In this document: piece by piece, positions 29,967-40,065 of the stretch
Position numbering within the stretch: the stretch's first letter is position 1
Layout of the letters: each line of letters starts with the position of its first letter
Origin: Candidatus Iainarchaeum sp.
Lineage (GTDB): Archaea; Iainarchaeota; Iainarchaeia; Iainarchaeales; JAGVWC01
Assembly: GCA_018304465.1 (NCBI GenBank)
Contig: JAGVWC010000010.1
Span: 1 to 64,000 of the forward strand
Length of the DNA: 64,000 bases
Direction: 5' to 3'
The notes under the pieces: model-generated
Databases searched by the model: none
What the model was told of the DNA's origin: nothing
Seen by the model: only the letters and a program-made list of their open reading frames with translations
Program-made: the position numbers and the translations under genes

Positions 29967-30232
29967 CGCAACCGACCTTTCCGCGCGACGAAAAGATTAT
30001 GAAACTCCATTTGCGCGAGTTTTTTGAGCAAAAAACCCACCGAAAAACTGAACGCCACCAAATACAGGAAGTTTTCCCACTGCCCCGTGAAAAAAAAAGC
30101 GAACAAATATTCGTTTCGCCAGCCATCAATCAAAATAATGGTGCCCGCAACCACGACCAACGTCGCCACTAACACCAACAATTTTTCGAACAAAACAACG
30201 AGGCTCATGGCAAATAAGAACGCAAAACCCAT
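29963..30232 (-). CDS. Small membrane protein
   Basis: Two TM segments; overlaps the next start. Confidence 0.65.
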   Translation of the reverse strand: MGFAFLFAMSLVVLFEKLLVLVATLVVVAGTIILIDGWRNEYLFAFFFTGQWENFLYLVAFSFSVGFLLKKLAQMEFHNLFVARKGRLR

Positions 30233-30250
30233 TAATATAGGTTACAGAAA

Positions 30251-30697
30251 CTACGGGGATTTGGGTTTGGAATTAAACACCCGCGCCGAAATTTCGCGGT
30301 CCAATTCCGGCGAAGACACCTTGGGTTTTAGGATTCCTTTGGCCACCAACGCGTCGCGCATGGCCACGATTTCGATTTCGGCGTTGTTTCGAAACTCGGT
30401 TAATCGCTCGATTTTCCGCAAAAAATCCGCCAAATCAAACCGCTGCTGCAAGGCATCGAGCGGAATCTGGGACAAAATCGTTTCGGTGCGCGTCACCCGC
30501 TCGTTTAACAAACCGATTTTATGGTTGATCGCAAGCAAATTCGCCGCCGCCACATCCGGGTCCTGCAGCACGGTCATGGAAGCGGCATAATCCCCCGAAG
30601 AACGACGCGGCTTGGTCAAAATCAAAACCGCGTTTCCGACACCGAAAACCCCGACGATTCCAAGCAAAGACCACAAAACAACGTCCACGAAGACCAC
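30251..30697 (-). CDS. Single-pass membrane coiled-coil protein
   Basis: N-terminal TM followed by a helical domain. Confidence 0.7.
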   Translation of the reverse strand: MVFVDVVLWSLLGIVGVFGVGNAVLILTKPRRSSGDYAASMTVLQDPDVAAANLLAINHKIGLLNERVTRTETILSQIPLDALQQRFDLADFLRKIERLTEFRNNAEIEIVAMRDALVAKGILKPKVSSPELDREISARVFNSKPKSP

Positions 30698-30792
30698 TCA
30701 AAAAAAACGGTTTCAAACACCTTAAAAAAAAACCGGTTGTCCATGGGCTTAAAAAGCCTGCAGGGGACAAAAATAGTATCGGGAGAAACCAC

Positions 30793-31878
30793 ATGACCAA
30801 AACCAACCAAACGAATACGATCAAGACGCGCATTGGCACCAAAACCGAACCGGGTTTTTGGGTTCAATCCATGCCCATCTACATCGGAGTAATGCTTTTG
30901 ATCGTCGGACTGCTTGCGGGATTCGGACTACGCGCCGCTTTTTTCGAAGCCCCCGTGATCACGAACCCGGATCAAAACAACGACACGAACCAAACCAACT
31001 CCATCGAAGTCAAGGTATTCACCGACCAAACCTGCGCCATCTGCAACGAAACCACTTCGTTTGAATTATTGCTTCAAAAACGCGGCGTTGCCTATACCCG
31101 CACCAGCATTGACATTTCAAACCCCCAAAACCGCGCCACATTCGATTCCTTGGATGCCAACACCGTTCCCACGGTCAGCGTCAACGCGGCCGACTTGAAG
31201 AAAAAAGACGCCGCATTGGAAGCCACTCTTTCGCGCCAATTCAAAACCAAAAACGGCCAATTGATCATGGAAGAAATCGAATTGTACGCCGTCACCAAAC
31301 CCGATTATCCGATCCCCGTGAAATTCGTGCAAAATCCTTCGCCTGCCGCGTGCGTGACCGCTCAAACCCCCTTGGTGTGGGAATTCGGAGACTTCCTGTG
31401 CCCCGAATGCTACGATACTTTGCCGCAAGTCGTTCAACTCGAAAGCGATTTTAACAACCAAATCCAATACGATTTCAAACACATGATTTATTTCGGACAA
31501 GACACCGATTCCGAACGGGTCGCGAACTCCGCAGAATGCGCCCGCGACCAAAACAAATTCACCCAATACAAAAAAACCATTTTCGAACAATTCTTCGGAC
31601 TCAATTTTCCCAGTTGGGATCCGGCACGCCAACTGGTGGCCGCCACCCAAGCCCAGATTCCCGACCAAAACCAATTCAAAACCTGCATTGACTCGAACCA
31701 ACACTTCGACAAAGTAAACCGCACCAACGGAACCGACATCACAATCGCGCGCCAATTCAAAGTCGCGATGGTTCCGGCGTTTTTGATCGACTGCCAATAC
31801 CTCGTCTTGCGCCCCGCAAACATCGCGAACACGCTTTGCGGTTTGCACCCCGCGCTTGCCGCCTGTGACAACCAATGA
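30793..31878 (+). CDS. DsbA/thioredoxin-fold membrane-anchored protein
   Basis: TM helix, CAIC, EFGDFLCPEC, AECARDQNKF and VPAF. Confidence 0.88.
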   Translation: MTKTNQTNTIKTRIGTKTEPGFWVQSMPIYIGVMLLIVGLLAGFGLRAAFFEAPVITNPDQNNDTNQTNSIEVKVFTDQTCAICNETTSFELLLQKRGVAYTRTSIDISNPQNRATFDSLDANTVPTVSVNAADLKKKDAALEATLSRQFKTKNGQLIMEEIELYAVTKPDYPIPVKFVQNPSPAACVTAQTPLVWEFGDFLCPECYDTLPQVVQLESDFNNQIQYDFKHMIYFGQDTDSERVANSAECARDQNKFTQYKKTIFEQFFGLNFPSWDPARQLVAATQAQIPDQNQFKTCIDSNQHFDKVNRTNGTDITIARQFKVAMVPAFLIDCQYLVLRPANIANTLCGLHPALAACDNQ

Positions 31879-32423
31879 AAACCAAAGACGCGATCCTGTT
31901 CCTCACTGGATTACTCATCGGCGCAACCCTCAGCGTTTTTTTCGCGCCCCAATTCACCGGTTTTACCACGGGCCCCGGAACAAACCCCGAAAACATATCG
32001 GTTTTTTTCTGTCCAACGGATCCTTGCGCCGAAGAACTCATTTTTCGCATCAATTCCGCGCAATCCTCGGTGGACATCGCGATTTATTCCTTCACCTTAG
32101 ACGAAATCTCGGACGCGTTAATCGACGCCAAACAACGCGGCGTGAAAGTCCGCGTATTGTTTGACGAAGGCGAATCCAAAAGCCAGTATTCCGAAGACGA
32201 AAAACTCGCGGCCAACCAAATTTCCATCAAAAGATTCGAAAAAACCCGGGGCTTGATGCACAACAAATTCGCGATCATCGACCAACACACCGTGATCACG
32301 GGATCCTACAATTACAGCCAAAACGCGACCCAATACAACAACGAAAACCTCATCGCGATCAAAAACACCCGAATTGCCAGCCAATACCAAACGGCTTTCG
32401 AATTCCTCTGGAATCAGAGCTGA
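31875..32423 (+). CDS. Exported phospholipase D-family nuclease (single HKD)
   Basis: MHNKFAIID..ITGSYNYS and an N-terminal signal or TM segment. Confidence 0.9.
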   Translation: MKTKDAILFLTGLLIGATLSVFFAPQFTGFTTGPGTNPENISVFFCPTDPCAEELIFRINSAQSSVDIAIYSFTLDEISDALIDAKQRGVKVRVLFDEGESKSQYSEDEKLAANQISIKRFEKTRGLMHNKFAIIDQHTVITGSYNYSQNATQYNNENLIAIKNTRIASQYQTAFEFLWNQS

Positions 32424-32427
32424 AAAA

Positions 32428-33045
32428 ATGAACAACAAAATTTTTGAACAACTCAAAATCACTTCTTTGGAAGGAATTTATCCGATCGGCGAAGACTCGG
32501 AACTGCTTTCAAGCGCACTATTCATCCCCAAAAACGCGTCGTGCCTGGATCTTGGCTGTGGCACCGGCATCCAAGGAATCACCATGGCAAAGCAAGGCGC
32601 AAAAAAAATCACGTTCGGTGACATCAATCCAAACGCCCTAGAAAACGCCCGCATCAACGTTTTGCAAAACCACGTCAAAACCCGGGTTTCGTTCGTGCAA
32701 ACCGACGTGTTCTCGAATGTATCCGAATCCTTTGACGTCATCGCATTTAATCCGCCGTATGTTCCAAGCGACGACATCCAATGGATCGAAACCGACGGCG
32801 GAAAAAAAGGACGGAAAATCCTCGATCGGTTCCTTGAAACCGTTTCCGATCATCTTTCTCCCGCGGGAGAGGTATTTTTTTTGCAAACCAGTTTGAACGG
32901 AACAAAAAAAACCGAGGAAATCCTTCGAAAAAAAGGTTTTCGATTTGAAATCATCTGCCGACAAAAACTGTTCTTTGAAGAACTCCTGGTTTTTCACGCC
33001 CAAAAAAACCCAAAACCGGCTGATATTCGAAAACAAAAAAAATAA
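32428..33045 (+). CDS. HemK2/MTQ2-type protein methyltransferase
   Basis: YP.GEDS, LDLGCGTG, FNPPY and DGGKKGR. Confidence 0.9.
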   Translation: MNNKIFEQLKITSLEGIYPIGEDSELLSSALFIPKNASCLDLGCGTGIQGITMAKQGAKKITFGDINPNALENARINVLQNHVKTRVSFVQTDVFSNVSESFDVIAFNPPYVPSDDIQWIETDGGKKGRKILDRFLETVSDHLSPAGEVFFLQTSLNGTKKTEEILRKKGFRFEIICRQKLFFEELLVFHAQKNPKPADIRKQKK

Positions 33046-33083
33046 ATAGTTCTTCTTCCTTTGGCCCCATAGGTGACCAAAAC

Positions 33084-33539
33084 ATGCAAAACCAAAAAAT
33101 TTTCCTCGTCTTGATGGCGTTGTTCATCGGCTTGGCCGGATGCACCCAGCCTCCCGCCCCGATGGATGACACCAATTTCCAAAACGAACCCGATCAAAAC
33201 CAGGCCATCGTTGGAAACGATCGGGATTCCCACGGCTGTATTCCATCCGCCGGATACAGTTGGTGCGAAGCCAAACAAAAATGCCTGCGTTCATGGGAAG
33301 AACCCTGCGAAGAAAACAACGCCATGACCGAACAAACCGCCCGCGAAATCGCCCAAAACAGTTCCGCGTGCCAACAATACTTGTCAGCGGATGCCAACGC
33401 GACCTATAACGAAACCACTGCCACCTGGTGGTTTGACCTTGACATTATCCAAAAAGGTTGTTCGCCCGCTTGCGTGGTATTCGAATCGGACGAAAACGCG
33501 GAAATCAACTGGCGCTGCACGGGACTCGTTTCCCCGTAA
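33084..33539 (+). CDS. Cys-rich lipoprotein
   Basis: Lipobox LAGC and the motif GNDRDSHGCIPSAGYSWC. Confidence 0.8.
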   Translation: MQNQKIFLVLMALFIGLAGCTQPPAPMDDTNFQNEPDQNQAIVGNDRDSHGCIPSAGYSWCEAKQKCLRSWEEPCEENNAMTEQTAREIAQNSSACQQYLSADANATYNETTATWWFDLDIIQKGCSPACVVFESDENAEINWRCTGLVSP

Positions 33540-33629
33540 AAAAAAACCGGTTGATTTTCTTTTTTTTTAAAATCCCACCTTCGAAAACGAATCTGAGGTA
33601 TTTTAATCGTTTTTGGGGCTAATCCCCAT

Positions 33630-34769
33630 ATGCCGATTAATGCCGGATACGAGTTTGAGAACGCCAAACGAAAATACGAAGAAGCCCAAACCCCCGAAGC
33701 CAAACTCGCGGCTTTGCAAGAAATGTACACCACGGTACCAAAACACAAAGGCACCGAAAACATCCGCGCGGAATTATCCAAAAAAATCGCGTTAATGAAA
33801 CGCGAAATCGAAAAACAAGCCGAACAAAAATCAAAACGCGGCGGGGGAGAAAGTCTCGCCGTCAAAAAAGAAGGCTGTGCCCAAATCGTTCTCATCGGGT
33901 TTCCCAACAGCGGAAAAAGCACCTGCCTCAAAAACCTCACCAACGCCGACGTCGAAGTATCCGCGTTTCCTTTCACGACCGTCAAACCCCAAATCGGAAT
34001 GATGATGATCGAAGGCGCCAAAGTCCAGCTCGTCGAAGTACCCGCGCTCATCGAAGGAAGCAGTCAAGGCAAAGCCAACGGACCCCAATTGCTCTCCGTG
34101 ATCCGCACCGCGGACGCGGTCGTCCTGGTTCTAGACGCGGACAACGCAAAAAACGAATTCGAAATCCTTCTAAAAGAACTCGAACAAGCCGGCATTCACT
34201 TAAACCGCCATCGCCCCAAAATCATCATCAAAACCGGGGACACCAAAGGAATTTCCATCGGCGGAAAACAATTCTTAAAAATTCCCCAGGACGAACTCGT
34301 CGAATTTCTGAAAAACCACGGCATGCACAATGCTTCCGTGATCATCGAAGAAGAAATCAACAACTTGGCCCAAGTATTCGAAGCCCAAGACGAACGCCTC
34401 GTGTACCAGAAAGCCTTCGCGATCCTGAATTTCAAGGGAAACACCCCCCGGCCCATCGACGGAATCCGGTTTCCCACATTCCCGGTGTCAAACGAAAAAG
34501 AATTCGGACAATTAAAACCCGAATTTTTCGGTTTGCTTGAAATGGTGCGCGTGTACACCAAACGCCCCGGACAAAAACCCGACACCGATTCGCCGCTTGT
34601 GCTCAAAAAAGGAAGCACGATCATGGATCTCGCCGGACACCTGCACAAAGACTTCGCCAAATACCTCAAACACGCCAAATTATTCGGAAAAAACGCCAAA
34701 TTCGAAGGCCAACGCATCCAACAAGACTACGATTTGCACGACGGCGACATCGTCGAAATACAGTCGTAA
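33630..34769 (+). CDS. DRG/OBG-family GTPase with TGS domain
   Basis: PKHKGTE, GFPNSGKST, FPFTT and RVYTK. Confidence 0.95.
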   Translation: MPINAGYEFENAKRKYEEAQTPEAKLAALQEMYTTVPKHKGTENIRAELSKKIALMKREIEKQAEQKSKRGGGESLAVKKEGCAQIVLIGFPNSGKSTCLKNLTNADVEVSAFPFTTVKPQIGMMMIEGAKVQLVEVPALIEGSSQGKANGPQLLSVIRTADAVVLVLDADNAKNEFEILLKELEQAGIHLNRHRPKIIIKTGDTKGISIGGKQFLKIPQDELVEFLKNHGMHNASVIIEEEINNLAQVFEAQDERLVYQKAFAILNFKGNTPRPIDGIRFPTFPVSNEKEFGQLKPEFFGLLEMVRVYTKRPGQKPDTDSPLVLKKGSTIMDLAGHLHKDFAKYLKHAKLFGKNAKFEGQRIQQDYDLHDGDIVEIQS

Positions 34770-34813
34770 AACGCGAATTCACAAGTTTTTTATAGCACTA
34801 TTGTGATATACTA

Positions 34814-36586
34814 ATGACATTAATGAAACAATATATTGGAATTCTGGCCATTTTGTTTTTTCTTTTGACAAGCATTGTTCCCGTGAGCGCCCAGGTTTCC
34901 TGCGGAAACCATTCCTGTGAACCCGGAGAAAACTCCTGCACCTGCACGCAAGACTGCGGAAGCTGCGAATCCTACTCCAACCAATTCTTTGACTACAAAT
35001 GCGTCGAAACCATCTGTAAACAATTACCCAAAAGCGGCGTGTGTGGAAACAACGTGTGCGAAGAACAATTCAGCGAAGACTACGGAAACTGTCCCCAGGA
35101 CTGCGAACCCAAAACACTCGAAATCGAAATCATTTCTCCCAAACCCAATGATTCTTTTGCCCGAAACGGAAAAGGAACCCTTGAAATCAAAATCACGGCC
35201 AACGGCCGCGACATTCCCGGTGCCCAAGTATCCGCCGTACAGCCTTTTCGCAACATTCAACTCGTCAACACCCTGTTCTCTAACGAATACAAAGGCGAAT
35301 TTCAAATTCCAGCCGACATTGCCCCCAATTCCTACGACGTTGAAATATCCGCGTCGTTTCGAAAAGCCATCGGAAAAACCACGCTCCCGATTACCATTGA
35401 ACCGCGTTTAAACACCACCTTTTCTGTGCAACCCAAAACCCTATTGGGCGACACGTTACTCATCAGCGGTACCATTCAAAACGGATCCGCTCCCGTATCC
35501 ACCCCCATTACAATCAAAATCCTGGATACCGAACGAAAAAGCCTATTCAACCAAACCGTTTCATCGCAAGCGGATGGATCGTTTCAAATCCAATTCAAAA
35601 CCAGTTTAAACGACCTCCCCGGCAACTGGCTGATCACGGGAAACGGAACCGACGATTACAACAACGCCATTTCAGTCGAAGGAACCACCACGATGGTCAC
35701 CCCCCAATCCCAACGCCAACTCGCCATCACCACGTACCTGGACCAAAACGCGTCGGTTTCACGCGGAACCCAACTAACCATCATCGCGCAAGTCACGGAC
35801 TCAAATATTCCGACCACCGACGCAAACCTCGTGCTCGTTTCCCCCAGCCAACAAACCATTCCATTCCAACTGGCTCCCGACGGGAACTACACCTTGTTCT
35901 ACACGATTCCCAGCAACCTGCCGTTTGGAAAAAACACGTTTCACTTACAAGCCACAAAAATCGGAATCATTCCACTGGAAGGACAACTACCGCTTGAAAT
36001 CACCATTATCCCCACCCTGTTTTCAATTCAACTCGTCAAACCCCAAACCACGTTTTTTTCGATCGGAGACAACGTCGAGTTCCGCGTATTCGCGCAATAC
36101 GAATCCGGAGAACCGGTGCTTGATGCCAACACCTCGCTTTTGGTCAACCAACTTGAAATCCCCCTGCAAGCCCAAGGCGGCGGATACTACAGCGGAAACT
36201 ATACCGCGCAAGAACAAGACGCCGGCGAACTACGCCTGAAAATCACGTCGACAGACGGATTCAACCAAACCGCAAGCGCGGACACCAAACTCAACATCTA
36301 CGGATACGGAACCAATTACTATCTGACCCGCTACGGCGCCATTGGCCTTGGTGCCCTCGCCCTATTGATCGTGGGATACTTTGTCGCTGCCAGATTCGCA
36401 ACCAAACGATTCGACCAAACCAAAGCCAAAAAACGCGCCGAACAAATCATCGAACTCGAAAAAGACCTGCAATCCAAATACTTTGAAAAAGGAAGCATCC
36501 AAAAATCAGATTACGAAAGCCAAATGCTTGATTACGAAGACGAATTGAAAAAAATAAAAGAACAACTTGGACGTGCACCCAAATGA
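34814..36586 (+). CDS. Surface protein with Cys-rich repeats, Ig-like domains, C-terminal TM and SHOCT-like tail
   Basis: Signal peptide, two CGNxxCE repeats, TM and LQSKYFEKGSI. Confidence 0.8.
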   Translation: MTLMKQYIGILAILFFLLTSIVPVSAQVSCGNHSCEPGENSCTCTQDCGSCESYSNQFFDYKCVETICKQLPKSGVCGNNVCEEQFSEDYGNCPQDCEPKTLEIEIISPKPNDSFARNGKGTLEIKITANGRDIPGAQVSAVQPFRNIQLVNTLFSNEYKGEFQIPADIAPNSYDVEISASFRKAIGKTTLPITIEPRLNTTFSVQPKTLLGDTLLISGTIQNGSAPVSTPITIKILDTERKSLFNQTVSSQADGSFQIQFKTSLNDLPGNWLITGNGTDDYNNAISVEGTTTMVTPQSQRQLAITTYLDQNASVSRGTQLTIIAQVTDSNIPTTDANLVLVSPSQQTIPFQLAPDGNYTLFYTIPSNLPFGKNTFHLQATKIGIIPLEGQLPLEITIIPTLFSIQLVKPQTTFFSIGDNVEFRVFAQYESGEPVLDANTSLLVNQLEIPLQAQGGGYYSGNYTAQEQDAGELRLKITSTDGFNQTASADTKLNIYGYGTNYYLTRYGAIGLGALALLIVGYFVAARFATKRFDQTKAKKRAEQIIELEKDLQSKYFEKGSIQKSDYESQMLDYEDELKKIKEQLGRAPK

Positions 36587-37758
36587 AACAACCCCTCGTA
36601 CTCGCTTTGTTCCTGCTGTTATTGATCGGAAGCGTTTTCGGAGCAACAATCCAGCTTGACAAAACCACCGTCCAAAAAGGCGAAACCGTTTTCATCAACG
36701 GAACCTGCGTAACCGCATTCGAACTCGAGATCCGACAAAACAACCGACACATTCAAACCGAACCCGTTCCGTGTTCGGCCGGTGGATTCCAAATCGAAAA
36801 AAAAATCCCGCTGTGGTTTCCAAGCGGAGAAACCCAAGTAGTGGCCCTTGAATCCGGAAGAGAAAACACGCAAACCATCCAAATCAACCCCAGCCGCGAA
36901 AGCGGATTCTTGTCTTTAACCACCCTAAGCCCCACAACGACCGCGATTGAACGCCAAAACACGATTTCCTTCAAAGTCCAAATCCAAGACGGAGTATCCC
37001 TGCTGACCAACGCTATGGTCCAAATCTGGGACCTAAACGGCAAGCAGGTGCCCCTCGTTCACACCCAAGAAGGAATCTACGAAGCCGCATTTGCGATTCC
37101 GTACAATGCCGCATTGGAAACCCATTCGTTTGTCATCACCGCGGTCACGGCGGATGAAAACGCCGGCGGCGAACGAACCCTTGTTATGGAAGTCACACCC
37201 GCCAACATCCAGATTCAGCTGACCCAACCCAACCTCAACAGCATTCCCTCCGCGACCGAAGTGGAATTCGTGGCCAATGCCACGTACGCGGACGGCTCAG
37301 CGCTCCACAACCCAAAACTCGAAGTGGTCCTTGCCGAAACACTTCCCATGGCCCAAACCAATCCCACGACGTTTTCAACGAAAACCGTTTTCACGTCGAA
37401 CGCCGTTGGCAGCGGAACCTTTTTCATCTTCGCCCAAGACGACGCGAACAACACCAAAACCCAAACCTTCGAATACTCGGTGACCCCAACCTTGCAATTA
37501 CAACTGATTCGCTACGCGCCCTACATTCTTGGCCTTGGCCTCTTTTTGGTCCTCGTATGGATCTTCATCATCCCCAAAATCCGCGGAAAAAAAAGTAAAG
37601 CGTCTTTAGAACAGCGAAAAAACCAAATCGAAAAAGAACTGACGGAACTGCAAACCCAATACTTCGAACAAAACGCGATTTCCAAAGAACAGTTCACCAA
37701 ACGCTCCGCGGTACTCGAAAAAGAACTCGCAGAAACAGGCAAAAAATTAAAAACATAG
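36583..37758 (+). CDS. Related surface protein with Ig-like domains, TM and SHOCT-like tail
   Basis: Signal peptide, TM and LQTQYFEQNAI. Confidence 0.8.
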   Translation: MKQPLVLALFLLLLIGSVFGATIQLDKTTVQKGETVFINGTCVTAFELEIRQNNRHIQTEPVPCSAGGFQIEKKIPLWFPSGETQVVALESGRENTQTIQINPSRESGFLSLTTLSPTTTAIERQNTISFKVQIQDGVSLLTNAMVQIWDLNGKQVPLVHTQEGIYEAAFAIPYNAALETHSFVITAVTADENAGGERTLVMEVTPANIQIQLTQPNLNSIPSATEVEFVANATYADGSALHNPKLEVVLAETLPMAQTNPTTFSTKTVFTSNAVGSGTFFIFAQDDANNTKTQTFEYSVTPTLQLQLIRYAPYILGLGLFLVLVWIFIIPKIRGKKSKASLEQRKNQIEKELTELQTQYFEQNAISKEQFTKRSAVLEKELAETGKKLKT

Positions 37759-37782
37759 AACCCCTAATTAAAGCGACCGGGG

Positions 37783-38718
37783 ATGAAGACCATGGAAACG
37801 CAAAACAAGAAAAAAGCACTCGCCAAAACGCCCAACCAGCTGGACGCCGCCATCGAAATGCTTGAAAACATGAAGAAAAAAAGCGACACCAAAAACATCA
37901 ACCCCGTTTCCCTGCCGCTACCCGGGACCAACCTTGAAACCACACCCGTAGGAATAGAAGGCGAAATCAAACCCGAAAAAACCAAAATCGAAAAAAAATT
38001 CGAAATTCTCCCCGTAAACGTTGACCGGTTCGACTTGCTGCTCCAAGACGGCGGAATCGAACGCGGACTCACCATTCTCATTTCCGGCGGTGCCGGAACA
38101 GGCAAAACCACGTTTTGCGTCCAATCCTTATACTACAACGCCTTGGCGGGACAACGCGGCGTATACATTTCTTTCGAAGAAGATCCCGAAAACATCAAAC
38201 ACCACATGAAAAAAAATTACGGATGGGACCTATATGAACTTGAAAAAAAAGGACTGCTTGCGTTCATCAAATTCGATCCCGTAAAAATCGCGCGACAAGT
38301 CGAAGAAGTCCTCGTTCAGGAATCCGGAATGCTGCGCATCAAAATTCAAAATCTCGTGCTCCCCATTCAACCCGACCGCATCGTCATCGACTCCATTTCC
38401 GCGCTCGCCATCGAATTCGAAAGCGACAAAAACTTCCGAAAATACCTCAAAGAACTCTTTCACATGCTCGAAAAATACAATTCCCTCAACTTCATCATCG
38501 GAGAAACCGAACAAAACCCGCAAACCTATTCGCGCAGCGGAGTCGAAGAATTCCTCGGCGACGGCGTCATCGTATTCTACAACCTCAAAATCGCGGGCGT
38601 TCGAAAAAACGCGCTTGAAATCCTCAAACTTCGAAGCGGAAAACACGTCAAAGAAATGATTCCATACGCGCTCGACGAAAAAGGAATCGAAATTTACTAC
38701 AAACAAAAATACGACTAA
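37783..38718 (+). CDS. KaiC-like RecA-superfamily ATPase (single domain)
   Basis: GGAGTGKT, YISFEE, RIVIDS and ILKLRS. Confidence 0.92.
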   Translation: MKTMETQNKKKALAKTPNQLDAAIEMLENMKKKSDTKNINPVSLPLPGTNLETTPVGIEGEIKPEKTKIEKKFEILPVNVDRFDLLLQDGGIERGLTILISGGAGTGKTTFCVQSLYYNALAGQRGVYISFEEDPENIKHHMKKNYGWDLYELEKKGLLAFIKFDPVKIARQVEEVLVQESGMLRIKIQNLVLPIQPDRIVIDSISALAIEFESDKNFRKYLKELFHMLEKYNSLNFIIGETEQNPQTYSRSGVEEFLGDGVIVFYNLKIAGVRKNALEILKLRSGKHVKEMIPYALDEKGIEIYYKQKYD

Positions 38719-38775
38719 ACCCTTTGTCAGACCCTCTTAAACGCTTTTCTATAAACAAATACCATTGAGTCCCTT

Positions 38776-40041
38776 ATGAGACCCCGCTCGATTTTCCAGC
38801 GCTTGACCGAAGGCGTCAAAATCGTTGCCGACACCATTATCCGGCTTTTTACGGACGCGGAACTCGCGACGGTAGCCGTCAAAAACCTTCGCAACCAAAA
38901 AATGCGCAGAAACCTCACATTACTCGGAATCGTCATCGGAATATCGTCGATCGTCGCGTTGCTCTTGCTTGGCACCGGACTTAACAACGCGATCACGAAA
39001 CAATTCGAAAGCCTCGGACTCAACACGATTCAAATCCAAGCCGGCGAAGACTTTTCATCCGCCGTATTCTCCCGCATGCGCACCCATGACGCCGAACTCA
39101 TCGAACGCATACCGCACGTGGAACACGTAATCGCGTTTTACGAAGGCTCCGGCGTCGCCAAAAACAAAAACAGCGAAGCCAGCGTATTCCTCATCGGCGT
39201 CGAACCCAAAGACTATCCCTACCTTGAAAAAATGGGGTACGTTTCGCTTGCCGAAGGACGCTACTTAAACGAAAACGACGCCACCGGACTCGTCGTATAC
39301 CAGAATTTCGTAGACGACGCTTTTGACCAACCCATCGGATTACGACAAAACATCACGATCAACGGCAAAAAATTCAAAATCGTTGGAATATCCAAACCAA
39401 CCGACGTCGCGTTTGGCGCAACCGGAATTACCAACATGGTGTACACAAGCGCCGAAGCCATGAAAACCCACTTCAACGAAAAAAATCCCACCGAACTCAT
39501 AGTCAATGTTTCAAGCAAAGAAAAAGTACCCGAAACCGCGGCCAGAATCGAAAAAGAACTGGAACGCGACCACAAAGAAAAAGACTTTACGGTCAACACC
39601 ATGGAAAATTTATTGGCGCAAGTGTTTTCCATCATCGGCGCGGTTCAATTCTTCGTGCTTGCGATCGCCGCGATATCGTTACTGGTTGGCGGCATCGGCA
39701 TCATGAACACCATGTTCATGGCCGTCACCGAACGCACCAGCGAAATCGGAACCATGAAAGCCATGGGCGGAACCGACGCGCTTATCCGCAGCTTGTTTCT
39801 GGCCGAAGCCGGCATCATCGGATTCATCGGCGGCGTCCTGGGTATCCTCGTTGGATACCTGCTGGCAATGCTGGTCGGCGTCATCGCGGACCAATCCGGT
39901 TTTCCCCTGCCGATTTCATTCGAACCCGGCATCATCCTGTTCGCGTTGTTTTTCTCGTTGTTTGTCGGAATACTCTCAGGGCTTGCTCCCGCCGAAAAAG
40001 CCATTCGCTTGGACCCCGTTGAGGCGATTCGATATGAATAA
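38776..40041 (+). CDS. ABC transporter permease, MacB/FtsX family
   Basis: LTLLGIVIGI and GGIGIMNTM..VTERTSEIG..KAMG. Confidence 0.93.
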   Translation: MRPRSIFQRLTEGVKIVADTIIRLFTDAELATVAVKNLRNQKMRRNLTLLGIVIGISSIVALLLLGTGLNNAITKQFESLGLNTIQIQAGEDFSSAVFSRMRTHDAELIERIPHVEHVIAFYEGSGVAKNKNSEASVFLIGVEPKDYPYLEKMGYVSLAEGRYLNENDATGLVVYQNFVDDAFDQPIGLRQNITINGKKFKIVGISKPTDVAFGATGITNMVYTSAEAMKTHFNEKNPTELIVNVSSKEKVPETAARIEKELERDHKEKDFTVNTMENLLAQVFSIIGAVQFFVLAIAAISLLVGGIGIMNTMFMAVTERTSEIGTMKAMGGTDALIRSLFLAEAGIIGFIGGVLGILVGYLLAMLVGVIADQSGFPLPISFEPGIILFALFFSLFVGILSGLAPAEKAIRLDPVEAIRYE

Positions 40042-40065
40042 AACCCACGGAGACGATGCGTTTCC

